A stretch of DNA of 64,000 nucleotides from Paramecium tetraurelia (Eukaryota): NCBI GenBank assembly GCA_000165425.1, contig CT868241.1, forward strand, positions 1 through 64,000, written 5' to 3'. The notes under the pieces were generated by a model. That model ran no database searches. It saw nothing but the letters and a program-made list of their open reading frames with translations, and had not been told where the DNA came from. Both the position numbers and the translations under genes were made by a program. This document shows positions 1 through 13,311 of the stretch, piece by piece. The first letter of the stretch is position 1; each line of letters starts with the position of its first letter.

Positions 1-1131
1 ATTATATAGGAAGTGGGAAATAATTGGAGATTATATGAAGGGAAAATTTTGTTAGTTAAAAGAAAAATTAATGTAATATTAGAAAAAAAAAATGATATAG
101 AGGAATTGAGAAAAGAAATTTAAAAAATAGATAATAAATATGAATAGGAATAATAAAATGTAATTGATAATGAATAGAATATAAATAATATTGAGAGAAA
201 ACTGACAAAATAATTGAAACCATTGAAAGAATCATCAAAGCAAGCTGAAAATCAGTAAGAGCTTGAAAACTTATAAATCACATAAAAAGATTTAAGATAA
301 TTAAAGCAATAGGTAGCTTATCTACATTAAAAAATATTGAAATAATATGATAGAATTAAAAATTTAGAAGATGATAATATTAAGTTGAAATAACAGGATG
401 GATATCAAATATAACAATCAATGCTGCTATTGGAAAAAAGTGAAAATAAACATTAATTCATATATTACAAAGCATTGTTTTGGAAATTATATTATTACTT
501 GTCGGCAATGTTACAAATCTCTACAGAATTATATTAAGCAAACAGAGATGCTATGATAGAAAGCTAATCTGAAAAAGTGCTAGATATAGTTCAAAAGGTG
601 TTCAATGTAGGGTCTAAAGTGGTAGGAGTTATCCCAATAGGTGGAGAAGCATCTTAACTTATAAATGAAGCGCTAGATTACACAATTGAATAGAAAAAAG
701 AAAATAAATTTAAGGTCAGACTTAATAAATTAACAAATATTTTAAAATGGTATAATATTATTAGCCCTGTAGAATTAGAAAACGAAGTAAAGGTAGCTGC
801 AATTGAACTTGCAAAAAAACAATAAATTGACCTAAATGCTAGAAACTATTAACAATTTGATGAATTTGTAAATAAATTGAGCAAATCCGAAAAAATAGAT
901 GATAATAAGAATTTGCATTGGAAAAACGGCACCAATGATGCTTTGGTTATTTTAAAGTATTTAGATGATTAGTCAGAAACCATACTAGAGACAGATGATA
1001 AAAAGTTAAGAGAAATATTTTAATATGCTATTGAGAAAAATACAAAAACATAAACTGAAGTTTTACAACAGTAAAATGCAAAACCAATTTCATAAGTTGT
1101 TACTGTATCACATTGCTGTGTCATTTATTGA
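1..1131 (+). CDS. 3' part of a coiled-coil hypothetical protein ending in a CaaX-like motif (..SHCCVIY*)
   Basis: Frame 1 open in ciliate code from base 1 (IIQEVGNNWRLYEGK..) to TGA at 1129-1131; E/K/Q-rich heptads, then a hydrophobic hairpin (VGSKVVGVIPIGGEASQLINEALD); 5' end outside window. Confidence 0.8.
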
Positions 1132-3127
1132 GATAATACAATTTTTTTGTTTATCATTTGTATATAAAAGCTTATTAATCTGATGAATTCATTACTTTAT
1201 AACTTGTTTGTTTATTGAATATGAATTTTATGATCTTTTTATAAGACAAATATGAAGTACTTCTATATTAAATTTCAATTCTTATTGGAGAGTGTGTATT
1301 TTATAAAAGTCTATTATAAACAGAAGGATGATTTCCCTTTTTATGAAATTCAAATTAAATATCACCTTCTTCATAGTAAAACAATATTTTTTGTTAAGTT
1401 CAGCAATTTTAATGGGCGAATATTAATATTATTATTTAAATATTATAATTATAATATGAAATTAATCTTTCAAAGGGAATGATTTATGGTGAGTTAAAAG
1501 ATTAAAATTTATTTTACGCTGAATTAGATATTCTAGCAACTTTCTTCTTGAATGGATGAGAGAATTTTCTTAATTTATAACATTATCTTCCCTTTATAGT
1601 ATATTTTTGTCCTTTGAATAGATTATATAATAGAAGTGGAAAAATTACATAAATTCCAATGTATTTATTTATTTAAAAATATTGAAGATTTGTTTTTGTC
1701 TCTTTCATTAAAAATGTAAAGTCTAAAGACAAATAATTCATTTATTTCATCTTTTGAATCTCTCCTTTGGTATGGATCCCTTATCCATTTTATTTCACAT
1801 TTATATTAATCAATTTCTGCTCTTGAGTGGATGAGCATGAGCCAATTTGAAGAATAATCAAACAAGTATTTTTCAATTTATTTTGAAGTATCTTAGTACC
1901 TACGTTTATTAATTAATAAAGTCGAAGAGTATATTCTTAAATAAAATAGACTCTCTCATAATTTAACAATAAAACTACCTAATAAACAGACTATGTAAGA
2001 TTGCTATTAAATTTTTCAATTTTCTGAATACATAGAAAATATGTAGTTTTATTCTTAATATAATATTAATCATTAATATTCTCAAATTTTGAAATTTGAT
2101 GATCGATGCAGGGTTGTAATTTTTAAAATAGGTAAATTATTATTTTGATTTTTTTAAATCATTTTCTTCTATATATCTATAAAGGGCAAAGGAAATTGAA
2201 AAAATTACTAAAACACATTCATTATTTGATAAATCATTTAGAAAACTTTAGTATTATCATCACAAGTACAGTTTTATCCTGATCAATGCTATTCTAGCAT
2301 GTTTTTAGCTGTAATGAAAATTATTTTTGAGAAATATAATTGTGATGATAAATTATGATAATAATGTTTTATAATCGTAAAAATAGTTAATCCAAGTGCG
2401 AAATAGATTTAACTCGCATAATCTATCTAAAGTCACATTGATATTTAAAAATTATTGTGAGATTTTTAGTTCCAGAAGAGATATTTTTAGAGATGAAATA
2501 TACTATTTTAAAAGGGAACCTCATTTATTTTCAGGGAAAGGCAACAGTAATATTACTAATATTTACAGTTCTATGCCATTATCATTATTTTCTTTAGATG
2601 AATAAATTAATACTGCAATTGCTTAATTAATGAAATTAATGAGAAAGTGATATATTTGAATGCTATTATTTTTATGAAAAAATTAAATTTATGTTGATTT
2701 ATTCTGAATATTATTTCCAATATTTATCCTTAGAAATAGAATTTTAGAATACTATAAATTAATTGGCTTAACGAGAATTTACTTTTAGGATAATAACAAT
2801 TTTGTATTGATTTAAATTACTCAAATTTTAACGTCATTAAGGAATAGTATATCGATATATCTAAATGTTGAGAGGCTTTATTCTAGTTTGATTGAGGAAA
2901 CAAATTTCAAAATGACTTATTGTTCTTTAATGTATTTATAATATTCCTCAATAGTTATAAATTTTTTAATTCAGGAATTTATCTTAAGTTGTAAGATGGT
3001 AAAAAAGGTTAATATAATTATTTGAATTAGGATGTAAACCATAACAAAGTGAATTTGCTTATAACATGAAATATTATATTATAATATAATCATTTAAAAA
3101 GTGTATATTAGTATATAAAATAACAAA

Positions 3128-4515
3128 ATGAGTGATTAAGTATGTGATCCTGATAAGGGGTGTTGGCTTTTGAGTAATTGTGAATGGAATGGTATAATTT
3201 ACACTTGTGTACATGATCCAATATTGGAATTGACACTTTATACAGGTTTTGTTTTTTCTTTAATACCAATATTTTTGGGAATTGGTATTTTAGGAGGCTT
3301 AGGAACAGGAATGGTTAAAAGGCCTATTTTAAATCTTATGTTAAATTATCCTGCTAGTATTGCCACTTAAGTTGGTGATTGTTTTTTATTTGTAACAACA
3401 ACATTGAATTCTTTGTTATTAATTTTTGAAAAGTATCTTTAATTATGATATGAAGACATCCAGATCATCCAGAATTACCGCTCGTTAACTTTGAAATTAG
3501 TATAATCTTTAATTAAACTATTCCTTTGGCCTGGAGTGTCGGGGCTTTCCTTTAATAAAGAATACCTTAGTTTGCTATATATCTCTTTTAACTTTGCTTT
3601 ATGCTTGGAGCAATACCATTTTTATGGAAATTCAGTAATTATAACTAATATTTCAGCTCATAGCTAAAAGTAATTAGAAATAGATAAGAGAGACAAAAAA
3701 GTGTTAGTAATCGAGAAAATAAAAACTAAAGAAGATATGGCAAATGAGACAAGTTTAAATGCCAAAGAATTATAACAATATGAGATATTCTATATTCTCA
3801 ATCATAAGAAAATACAGATAAAAAATCTGTGTTTCATTTTTGGATCCTTTATAGTTAATCAAACTATAGTTCTTATGAGATCAAACAAATTTAATAATTC
3901 TATTATTGGAATAGATGCTTGCACTCTTGAGAATAACTTAATCCTTATTTTGATTTTGTGTGCCAATTGTATCTATACAATCTTAGTGTATTGGAATAAA
4001 AGGAATGAAGAATTTTATAAAGACTTAGTATAATATAGACCAGATTATAGGTACTTTACGCCCAAAAAAACATTTTGGTTTTATTATCTAGGAGGTTGTT
4101 TGGCAGGATTTAGCACAGGATTCATAGGGATGGGAGGTGGACTAATTATGGTTTCTATACTATTACATAAAAAAATCATAGCCAGAGAAGCAGCTGCTAC
4201 TGCAGGCTTTGGAACTTTTATGATTGCCCTCAATAGTTTAATCTAACTGTTTTTATAAAAAACTATAACTACAGGCCAGATGTTTACATTTTTTGGGTTA
4301 GGAGTATATTTCTCAACTATTATTAGATAATTGGGTTGGCATTTATCACTAAACCTGCATATATTTTAATGAATAAGTTTAAAGTTGGATATGTTGTGTT
4401 GATTGTTGATATTATATCAGTGACCAATAATGTCCTTGCAATCATAGCCTTAATTATAATAAATTCTACACTTTATGGATTTGACAGAATGTTAAATTAT
4501 CATGAACATTGCTGA
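3128..4515 (+). CDS. Sulfite exporter TauE/SafE family membrane protein
   Basis: ATG 3128; GIGILGGLGTGMVKRPIL and GGCLAGFSTGFIGMGGGLIMV motifs, HPDHPELPLVNFEI loop; introns ~3433-3455, 3635-3656, 4304-4326; TGA 4513-4515. Confidence 0.85.
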
Positions 4516-4871
4516 AACTTTATTAATTGGATTAATTTATCATTTTTTCAAGTTATTATTATTTATTATTATTTCATTCTCTTTGCTGTCATTGTTCTTA
4601 TTGAAAGCATTCTTCTGAAGAGTTGATTTTCTTAAAATTATACATAATGCAAAAAGTTTTAAAAATTTGCATTATAAGTAGAATCTTGGAGAATTTTCTA
4701 TTATTTAATAGACCAAAATGTAAGAAATTGGATTTAAATAAAAACTAAAACTGTATATCATATGATAAAGACAGATTAGGAAATTGATTAAAATCAAATA
4801 ATAAATTTTTATTAAAATGATAAAACAATATTTAATCATTTTAATTATGATTTAAAAAATAAACAATTATT

Positions 4872-6365
4872 ATGAAAAACTAAATAACTGAAAAGGCCTC
4901 CATAAATGTGAGATGTGATAAATGTAATCGAAAAAACGATCTCATTGCTGAATGTTGTGTTGTGACTTCACATACACATACTCTAATTTGTTGTCATCAA
5001 TGTGTTAAAGTTTTAGAAAAATAATAAAAATTATATGTTGAATAAATAAATGACATTTTATCAGAATGCGAATAAATAAAATAATTCATTAAATGCAATA
5101 ATTTAGTTGAGCTAATATCAAATTCAATTTTTGCAAAAACTTTAAAAATGTCTAAGCCTCTAATTGAGTTACTTAAAGAATCGAAAGAATTCCAATAGAG
5201 CAGCAATGTAAATGGGATATAATTTAAAAATTATTGTAAATAGAGAACAATTTACAAACAGTTATTAGAAGATCATGCCATTAAAGATTCAATTGAAAAA
5301 GCTTTTTAAAATTATAAAAGCACTATCAGATAATACTTTTATGATGAAGAAAGTACCCTCTTTTTCTCTATTACAATTCCATAGAGCAAATATAGCGTAT
5401 TATATTTTAAAGTACTATCACATTATTTTCTAATTTTAAAATATTTTACTCAATTAGAATATTTATCTCAAATTGATTAAGAAGCAGCCGAAAATATAGT
5501 AATGGATTAATATGAGCCAAGTATTTATGTTTCGATTTATGACCTAAATAGCAAAACAAATATTTATGAGGAGCTGTTAATTTAAAATTTAAACTTACAA
5601 TTTTTTAATGAAGAATTAATTAAGTCATACTTATTCGAGTAAAATAAAATTATCTATATCTGTATAAAAGATGAGTATTATGAAATTCATCTATCTCCTA
5701 AATAACCTCCGAAATAGATTAATAATATAAAATTTGATGTTATTAGTGACAACCTTATATATTTGGGTTTGGATACTTTGGTAAAATTTGATCCTATTGA
5801 ATTTGAAATTATTTAATAAAAATAGATTTTTGAGAGAAACTGGTAGGATAATCAATTTTTGATTTCTTATGACAAAAAAATACATTCATTTATTATGTAT
5901 TCTTGTCCTATTTAATAAGAAAATGAAATATTCGAAATAATTCAACTTGATTCTTTAAGATGCACTAAAAGAATAATATTCGCTAATTATGATAGATATG
6001 ATTACAATAGCTTTTCATATCATAATTCATTCAACTATTTAATCAATATTAGTACTGTCGTGCTTTTTCGTGAATCTCATGCAAAAAAAAGTGGATTTTT
6101 GATACTCTTTAATCTGCAAAGAAACAAAATAATTAGAAAAATTCCAATAGTTTATTCTAAGTGGCTGGAAAAATTGGATTTTTTGAGAAATCAAAGTATA
6201 ATATGTGTAAAATATAAATGTGATAATTTACATTTATTTTAAATTTCAACTGGAAGAAATATTCTTCAATTTGAATAATTGTAAACCTACCCAATTATGC
6301 AAAACGAACAGCTTGCTGTCTGTATAAAATAAGATAATGTCAAAATATTAAAATTAGCCTAATGA
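4872..6365 (+). CDS. Hypothetical protein: N-terminal Cys/His Zn-binding motif, helical middle, beta-rich C-terminal region
   Basis: ATG 4872 to TGA 6363-6365 in one frame (contains track ORF 6060-6242); CDKC..ECC..SHTH..ICCHQC at N-terminus. Confidence 0.7.
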
Positions 6366-6617
6366 TATTAAGATAAGGATAAATGAATAAAATTATTTTA
6401 AATTATCTTTTATTTATAATATGGTGTTATGTATTAATGATTTTGATTATTAAGGAATATTGTTTTCATATTTGAGTTTCAATTATAGAATACATATAGT
6501 GGTATATTCTTTAATAGCAATAATTACCATTAAATCTCAGTAACATTCAAAACAAATATTCTCTTTAATATTAAAATTGTATATGAATTTGAAAGTAAAA
6601 GAAAATAAATATGTCGA

Positions 6618-9600
6618 TCATTATTTTTGAGTTGGAGTATTACATGAATGAAATACAAGTCTTTAAAGAGGATTGTCATAATAATTATTAAGTTCTTGCA
6701 ATTTCTTTTAATGTTATAGTCTTGCATAATTAATTCTAGCCTTTTTTATAGATTCTGAGACATCAATTACCAGATTAATAATTAATAATAATGAAATCAT
6801 AGAAATATGAATCCATCCAAATAGCATTTGTTAATCCTTACTAAATTCGAAAGTGTAAATTAAGAGAGATCCTGTAATGAGCATAAAAAAGAATTCTCTA
6901 TATTTTAACTTATTTAAATCATAAGGTGATTGCAAAGGTGCAAACTTAATCAAGTATATTAAATAAAAGAAAGACTGCATTGATAATAATAATGATTGCA
7001 CTTATGGATAGTCAATAAACTTCACTATTATAAAAATATAGACAATGATTCTATAAAGTAGGAATGATTTGCAATTTGCTGCCCAAAATTCCATCTTAGA
7101 ATCCTTTAAAAAATATTTCCACTTTTGTTTATCTTTGATAAGAGTACATGTGATTGACATTAAGTATAAGCTTGTAACGGAAATAAACAATAAGCTAATT
7201 ATGGCATTAATACTATTGAATATTTAAAAGGGAGAATTAAAGTTATAATCTGGAAATTACAAAAATGAGCTGAATACAAATTGATGAAGGATTGCTTGAT
7301 AAACATTAAAAATTCCGAATGAAAAATATTCATTTTTGAACTTTAAAGCTGATAGTTAAACTTTCTATTAAAATAAAATAATTATTTTGAGAATCCTTCC
7401 ATTTTATTCAAATTTTTTGGATAAATTATAGAATAAAGTATTTAGTTAATTTGAAGATGCAATGCAACAAGCAAAAAAAATCAAAATGGATGTAATGACC
7501 GAGAAATAACAGCTTTTAGCATTTATCAGAAAGAATTAATTCAAAGAACTTGTTTAGCTCAAATTTTTATTAGATTTCTATTAAAAAGGTAAAGTTCCAC
7601 CATTCAATTTAATAAATAATTCATTTATTTGTAATTAATCTAGAATTGGTTAAAGTGAAACTTTAGTGTAAGTATTTAAGAATTCAATTAAATGAGGTGG
7701 AAATTGATATTACATATATCTTAGGTAAGACAATGATTACAAAAGGTCTAAGAGATTGAAAAACATTACAAAATTTCCAGTAACAATGGCTAAACCTGAA
7801 ATGGCTATCAGGGAATACATAGTAGCTTCATTTAACTTAACAACAGATTATAGCTTCTATTGAGTTTCTTCTGATAATATAAAAGGGTTTCCAAGGTTGA
7901 TTTTCATCTCGTATTTTTATAAGGTTAAATCAAACTCATTCAAGATGGCTTATTTACTTATTTTAATTTCAAATACAGGATCCTATATTGGTTGCTCAAA
8001 TATAATATAAATATGATAAACAGGGTAGTTAAGGGTTGTTGATAGATTCTAGATAGAATAAATAGTCAAGGTATAATTAGTTAAAGGGGTAATACTAAAC
8101 TTTGCTAGATCTTCTAGTGTTAAATCAGCTTCTAATTTCACTTATTAGGAGAAGGTGAGTTCAACTATTTGTGTTGAATTTACTTTTTCTGAGAGTACTT
8201 TTAAAAAGAATTAAGGAGAATTGATGAATGTGCATTAACTTAATTATCCTTGAGTATTTAAACATTGATAAGAATCTTCAATTACACAATTTTGAGAGCA
8301 TCCATCACCTCCCAAATAGTTGCCATCATCACATATCTCGAATTCAGTATTTAATTCTCCATTACCACATTAATTAATACAAACGTTATCAATTAGTAAG
8401 TAATTAATTTAACATCTTACTTCACTTAATTAGAAAAGTGAAGGTTCAAGCTCATTGATATTATTTATAACATCCTATATAACACATTTATGAGTTTAAT
8501 TATCCAATTAAAATTAATTGCTGTCACATTTTCTACATTAATTGGATTACTCACATTCAATGCAACCTAATGAACATTGAAATTAACATTAATAACAACC
8601 ATCAAATGGTGTATCGTTTCCATCTTCACACTGTTCAAGACCAGATATAATGAAACCATCTCCACAAATAGGAAGGCAAACAGAATCACTTAATTGAAAA
8701 TACTCCTCACAAATGATGCAAACATTTCCAATTTTACATTCGATACAAAAATCAGGACAAGCAATTTCAACTGGATCTATATCAACAATGGTTGGTTCTT
8801 CCATTTTATAACATACACCAAATGAACATGTTAGACATTAAGGATCACATGAATAGTTACAAATATGACATCCGTCATATGGTTCTAGATTAGCATCTTC
8901 ACATTCTTCAGGATCAACAATAATCATATCTCCGCAAATAGGTTTACATTTAAATTGATCTCTTAAGTATCCTGATTTACAAAGTTCACATATTCCGTTT
9001 GTACAAATTAAACATCCACTTCCACAATTTTATTTGCAACTTAAACAACCTGTAGAGACATCTTAATAAATGTCTATGTATTCACATTCTTCATCGCCTA
9101 CTTTTAAACCATCTCCACACTATTATTCACATTTATTATTTCTTAATTGATACCCATATTCACATTAGAGACATTCATCATATTCACACAGCGAACAATT
9201 ACTATCACAATTAAACTTGCATTGATTACAAGAATGAAAAACTTCTGAAAGCCCAACTTCACATTATTCATAACCTACTATCAGTGAATCTCCACAGATA
9301 GGTAAACACTATTTAGTTTTATGTGATTATCTAAATCCCACTTAACATCTTAAACATATACCATTATAACAAAATATACAGTGTTCAGAACATCCCAAAA
9401 GACAATGATCACAGAGATCAAATGGATTGCTATTTTTTGTCATCACATTACTCATAATCTCTATTTATAATTCCATCTCCACAAATTTATTAACAATGAT
9501 TGAAAGCGTTGAGATACCATCCATCAATTTCATTACATTTGAAACATTTTCCATTATGACAATGAGTACAATGAGCATCACATACAAATTTACAAATATG

Positions 9601-12303
9601 ACATCCATCTAAAGCATTATTATTACCATCATCACATTATTCATCTCCTTAGATCTTCTAGTCTCCACATCTTTCTAAACACTGATAAGTACCTTATTCA
9701 TAAGTAAATCCATCTTTACATTAATAACACTTACCTTGATGACAATTCTAACATTCATCCTAACATTTGTATTTACATTGATCACACCCGTCGAATGGAT
9801 TGCTATTTCCATCATCACAATCTTCCCCATCTACAATCAATTGATCTCCGCATATTGGCACACACTCTAAATTATATCCATCGTCATAAAATCCAACCAA
9901 ACATTGGCACTTAAATTTACTGATTGATCTATGGAAATCAGGATTACAAGAATAACATTAATCATAATCTGATCCAAAACAACTTTCACAATATTGGTTG
10001 CATTCTTTAATTACTGATTAAATTATTACTTAGACATTAATTGGTTGATAAATATTGAGATGGGTAACAAATGCACTCACCTTAATCCAAATAGAATTAT
10101 AAACTATCTGAGAATTCACATCTTGTACAAACTGATTCACTTATACATTCTAGACACCCTATTTAATTACAAGCTTAACAACTGTGGCTTTAGGTTATAC
10201 TATCAAATTTGACGTATTCGGTTGGTCTGCAATAATGAGTTGAATTATATCCAGTATATGATCCAAAATCACAATGTGATATTGTCGGTCCTGTGCATGA
10301 AGAACAAAAAGGTACACACTAGACATATTAACAATTCATACATAATTAACTACGACAAAATATTCTGAAACGTACATAAATGCCTCATCCAGATCAGTTT
10401 TTTATGTATCAGCCGATAATATTATATCTAATTAATTTGAGTTATGAGTAAATTGATGTTAATGAAAAATAGTAGTCTCATATCCATAATCTCCAACTAA
10501 ATTTTTTACCCCATTTTTAGGATTTTATATTTAACCAGATTAATGAGAGTCCAATTAATATTGAAACCAACCATCATTATAATCTCCATATGTAAAATTT
10601 ATTCTAAAACTCACTTAATAATGCGGCTTTAAATTTATAAATGTTTTTTAAAATTTTCCCTTACTCCAAACTAAAACTCCCCCTAACACTGATTTTTCCG
10701 GGACAAAAGAGTAAATAGCTCCTGTAAACGATGATTAAATAGTGTTATTTAAATAGGTGAAATTATCAACTACTTTAGAAACTTCTTCAAAAGTCGTGTT
10801 CATGTCATAAAATGCTTTTATTAAATATCTGCTATCTAAAATTAACAATATTTTATACTATCTATAAGATCTTCATAGTCTTCGCAAAAATTAATGTTAA
10901 ATTATGAGTGCATAGGACAAACGTTAACACACGTTCCTCTAAATAATTTAAAACCCAATTCACAAATTAAGCATTTAGAAAAAGTTTCACACTTTGTACA
11001 ATTACTTTAACATAATCCTTAATCAATAGTTACATTATTGAAACTCCAGAATTCGCTATCAAGTTTTTAAATAGCATAAAATTTAATAACGGGAGCCATG
11101 GTATATGTTTTTAAAACAGTTTCAATTCTCAAAAAGTCATAATTCATAGATGAACAAGTTAAACTTTCAAATATATTTAACTTTCCATTGACTATAGTGT
11201 AATTATCCATAGTTTTCTCTATTCTCATTTGAGAATATTAATCTACCGTTATGATTAATACAGAAGTTGGTTACCAACCAAAAAAGTGGAAGGATGCTCT
11301 TATCCTTAAGTAGACTAAACCTTCATTTTGTGGCAATTTCAATTACATTGATGAACTATAAGTAAATTTTCCAACTTAATCTTTTCCAGAACAAGTAACT
11401 ATCATATCTGAATTACTAACATGAAATGGATCTGGTTCATATATCCATGGGTCATAAGGTATTTTATCTCCATTACTAATCGTGGAAAATGCAAAATATT
11501 TAACCATAGATTTAATTCCTATTGTTAATTTTTTAATTACTTGGGTCAAATTAACAATAATTGGAGCTATCTGCTATATAGTAATCTATGGGGCATTCTT
11601 ATACACAACCAATCAACCTATGAGCATATTTATTAGCTTCATCGCATAAGCAAACACCTCCTATAAGTGATCCCTGGTAACAGGTAAGACAGTTAAATTT
11701 CGTGTCTCCGTCACACGAGGCACATGAAATATGGCATGAATTAGCATAAATTAAAATGTTTCTTAAACCAATACGCATTTCTTTATCCTCAAATTACATA
11801 CAATATGAAATTGTAAAGATAGGAGTTAAATGGTTTATTGTATCAGAAATAAAAGTCTTAATTTCTATTCTCTTTTTATTTAAAGTACAAGTGTATGAGC
11901 ATTATTAATCGCACACTTTAAAGTATTCTTATAAAGAGATTTAATCATAAAATCTTTCAAAAATCGACTGCTTTGATCCTGGTGAATCAATTATTTGAAT
12001 TTAAAAAGCAGAATTTATACCATTTTTTGATCGAATATAAATAACATCTGTGATTATTCTAAGTTAATAGTGAGGGTAATAAAATTTTTTCTCAAGGCTA
12101 CTTTTACTGTCAGATAATCTCATAAATTCTAAGTTATTTGTCAAACATTGCTTAGTCTGTGTTTCTTCTCTATCCTAATCTGAACATGTTTTATATGAAT
12201 TCCAACTATCTTATTTTATTATTAATAATTAATAAAAGTCACTGTAGATTAACATCCATTCAGAATTAGCCATCTGAATTAAGGCAACTAATATAAAAAG
12301 CAT
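6618..12303 (-). CDS. Large Cys-rich surface/membrane protein with 8 Myxococcus-type cysteine-rich repeats, furin/IGFBP-like repeats and multi-TM C-terminus
   Basis: Signal peptide [18 protein letters not shown](D/N)x..E.C.D.N..PFDGC-type repeats at ~9850, 9670, 9480, 9295, 9115, 8935, 8665, 8368; hydrophobic helices ~6780-7830; short introns near 11520-11540 and 10836-10858 (at least one more needed for frame); TGA 6620-6618. Confidence 0.85.
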
Positions 12304-13311
12304 TTATTAATTTATTGTTTTATGTATTTTAAATGCAGTTATAATATAAATTGGACATTAATGTATGTAGAATTCTACAAATTTGGAGTGTTTGTGAAAT
12401 ATTTTTTAAACATTAAATAGTAATATTATTGAAGATGTAGATTATTTATATTGAATCCTATTTCCCAAATTATTATACTAATTTAAAAATTCTAAAATAA
12501 TTCATAAATAGAGAAATATATAGTAAACTAAAATTATTAATTATCTTTTATTGTATAAATAATTTATTATCATCAACACTAATTATTATAATATTCTAAT
12601 AATAGAACTAATTCGAAGGCCAAATATTATTCGTTGTATTTTTAATTTAATTACACATATATTAAGGATAAATTAATAAAGATTCATATATTAGTTAAAT
12701 TTGATTTTTATTTATAAGATAACTTTTTTATATTAGTTTGAGTTGATAATCAAATAATTAGAACTTAAAATATGTTGGTCACAGATTATAAATGAATTTG
12801 TTAAGTTGATTTATGTTTATTTTAGAGATAAAATTGGTTCAATAAAAAAGATAATAATTATTTATTTATATAATTTCTTTACATTTCCCTTCAATTTCAG
12901 ATATTTGTTTAATTGAGATTTTAAGTTTAGTAACAATAACATTCCTCTAATTTACAATAAAGATGAGATATCCCTTTCATATTTTGATAATTTACTACAA
13001 ATTTAATCTTAGATCTAACTTTAATTCTACACTAATATTTGAAATAATGTTTATAATGAAAATTGTTAAAAAAAGTTTGCCAATTGTATTCATTTTAGAT
13101 TGAAATAATCTACATAATTTTATCCATAATACATTTGTTTATTGAGGAATTAGATTAGTAAATATATTAATAGTATAAATCAAGATTTCTTATATTACAT
13201 CGTAATAATGAGTGCAATGGAAGGCTGAGCAAATTATTTTTATTTACTCATTTAGTTTAAATATTAAATATTATTATAAAAAATTATAAATAATATCGTA
13301 TAAACATCTAA

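Noticed and set aside
1252..3100. Track ORFs 1252-1482 and 2396-2605 and a possible minus-strand relic at ~1480-1900
   Set aside because: No recognisable motif, no convincing start or splice structure; AT-rich frames are often open by chance when only TGA stops
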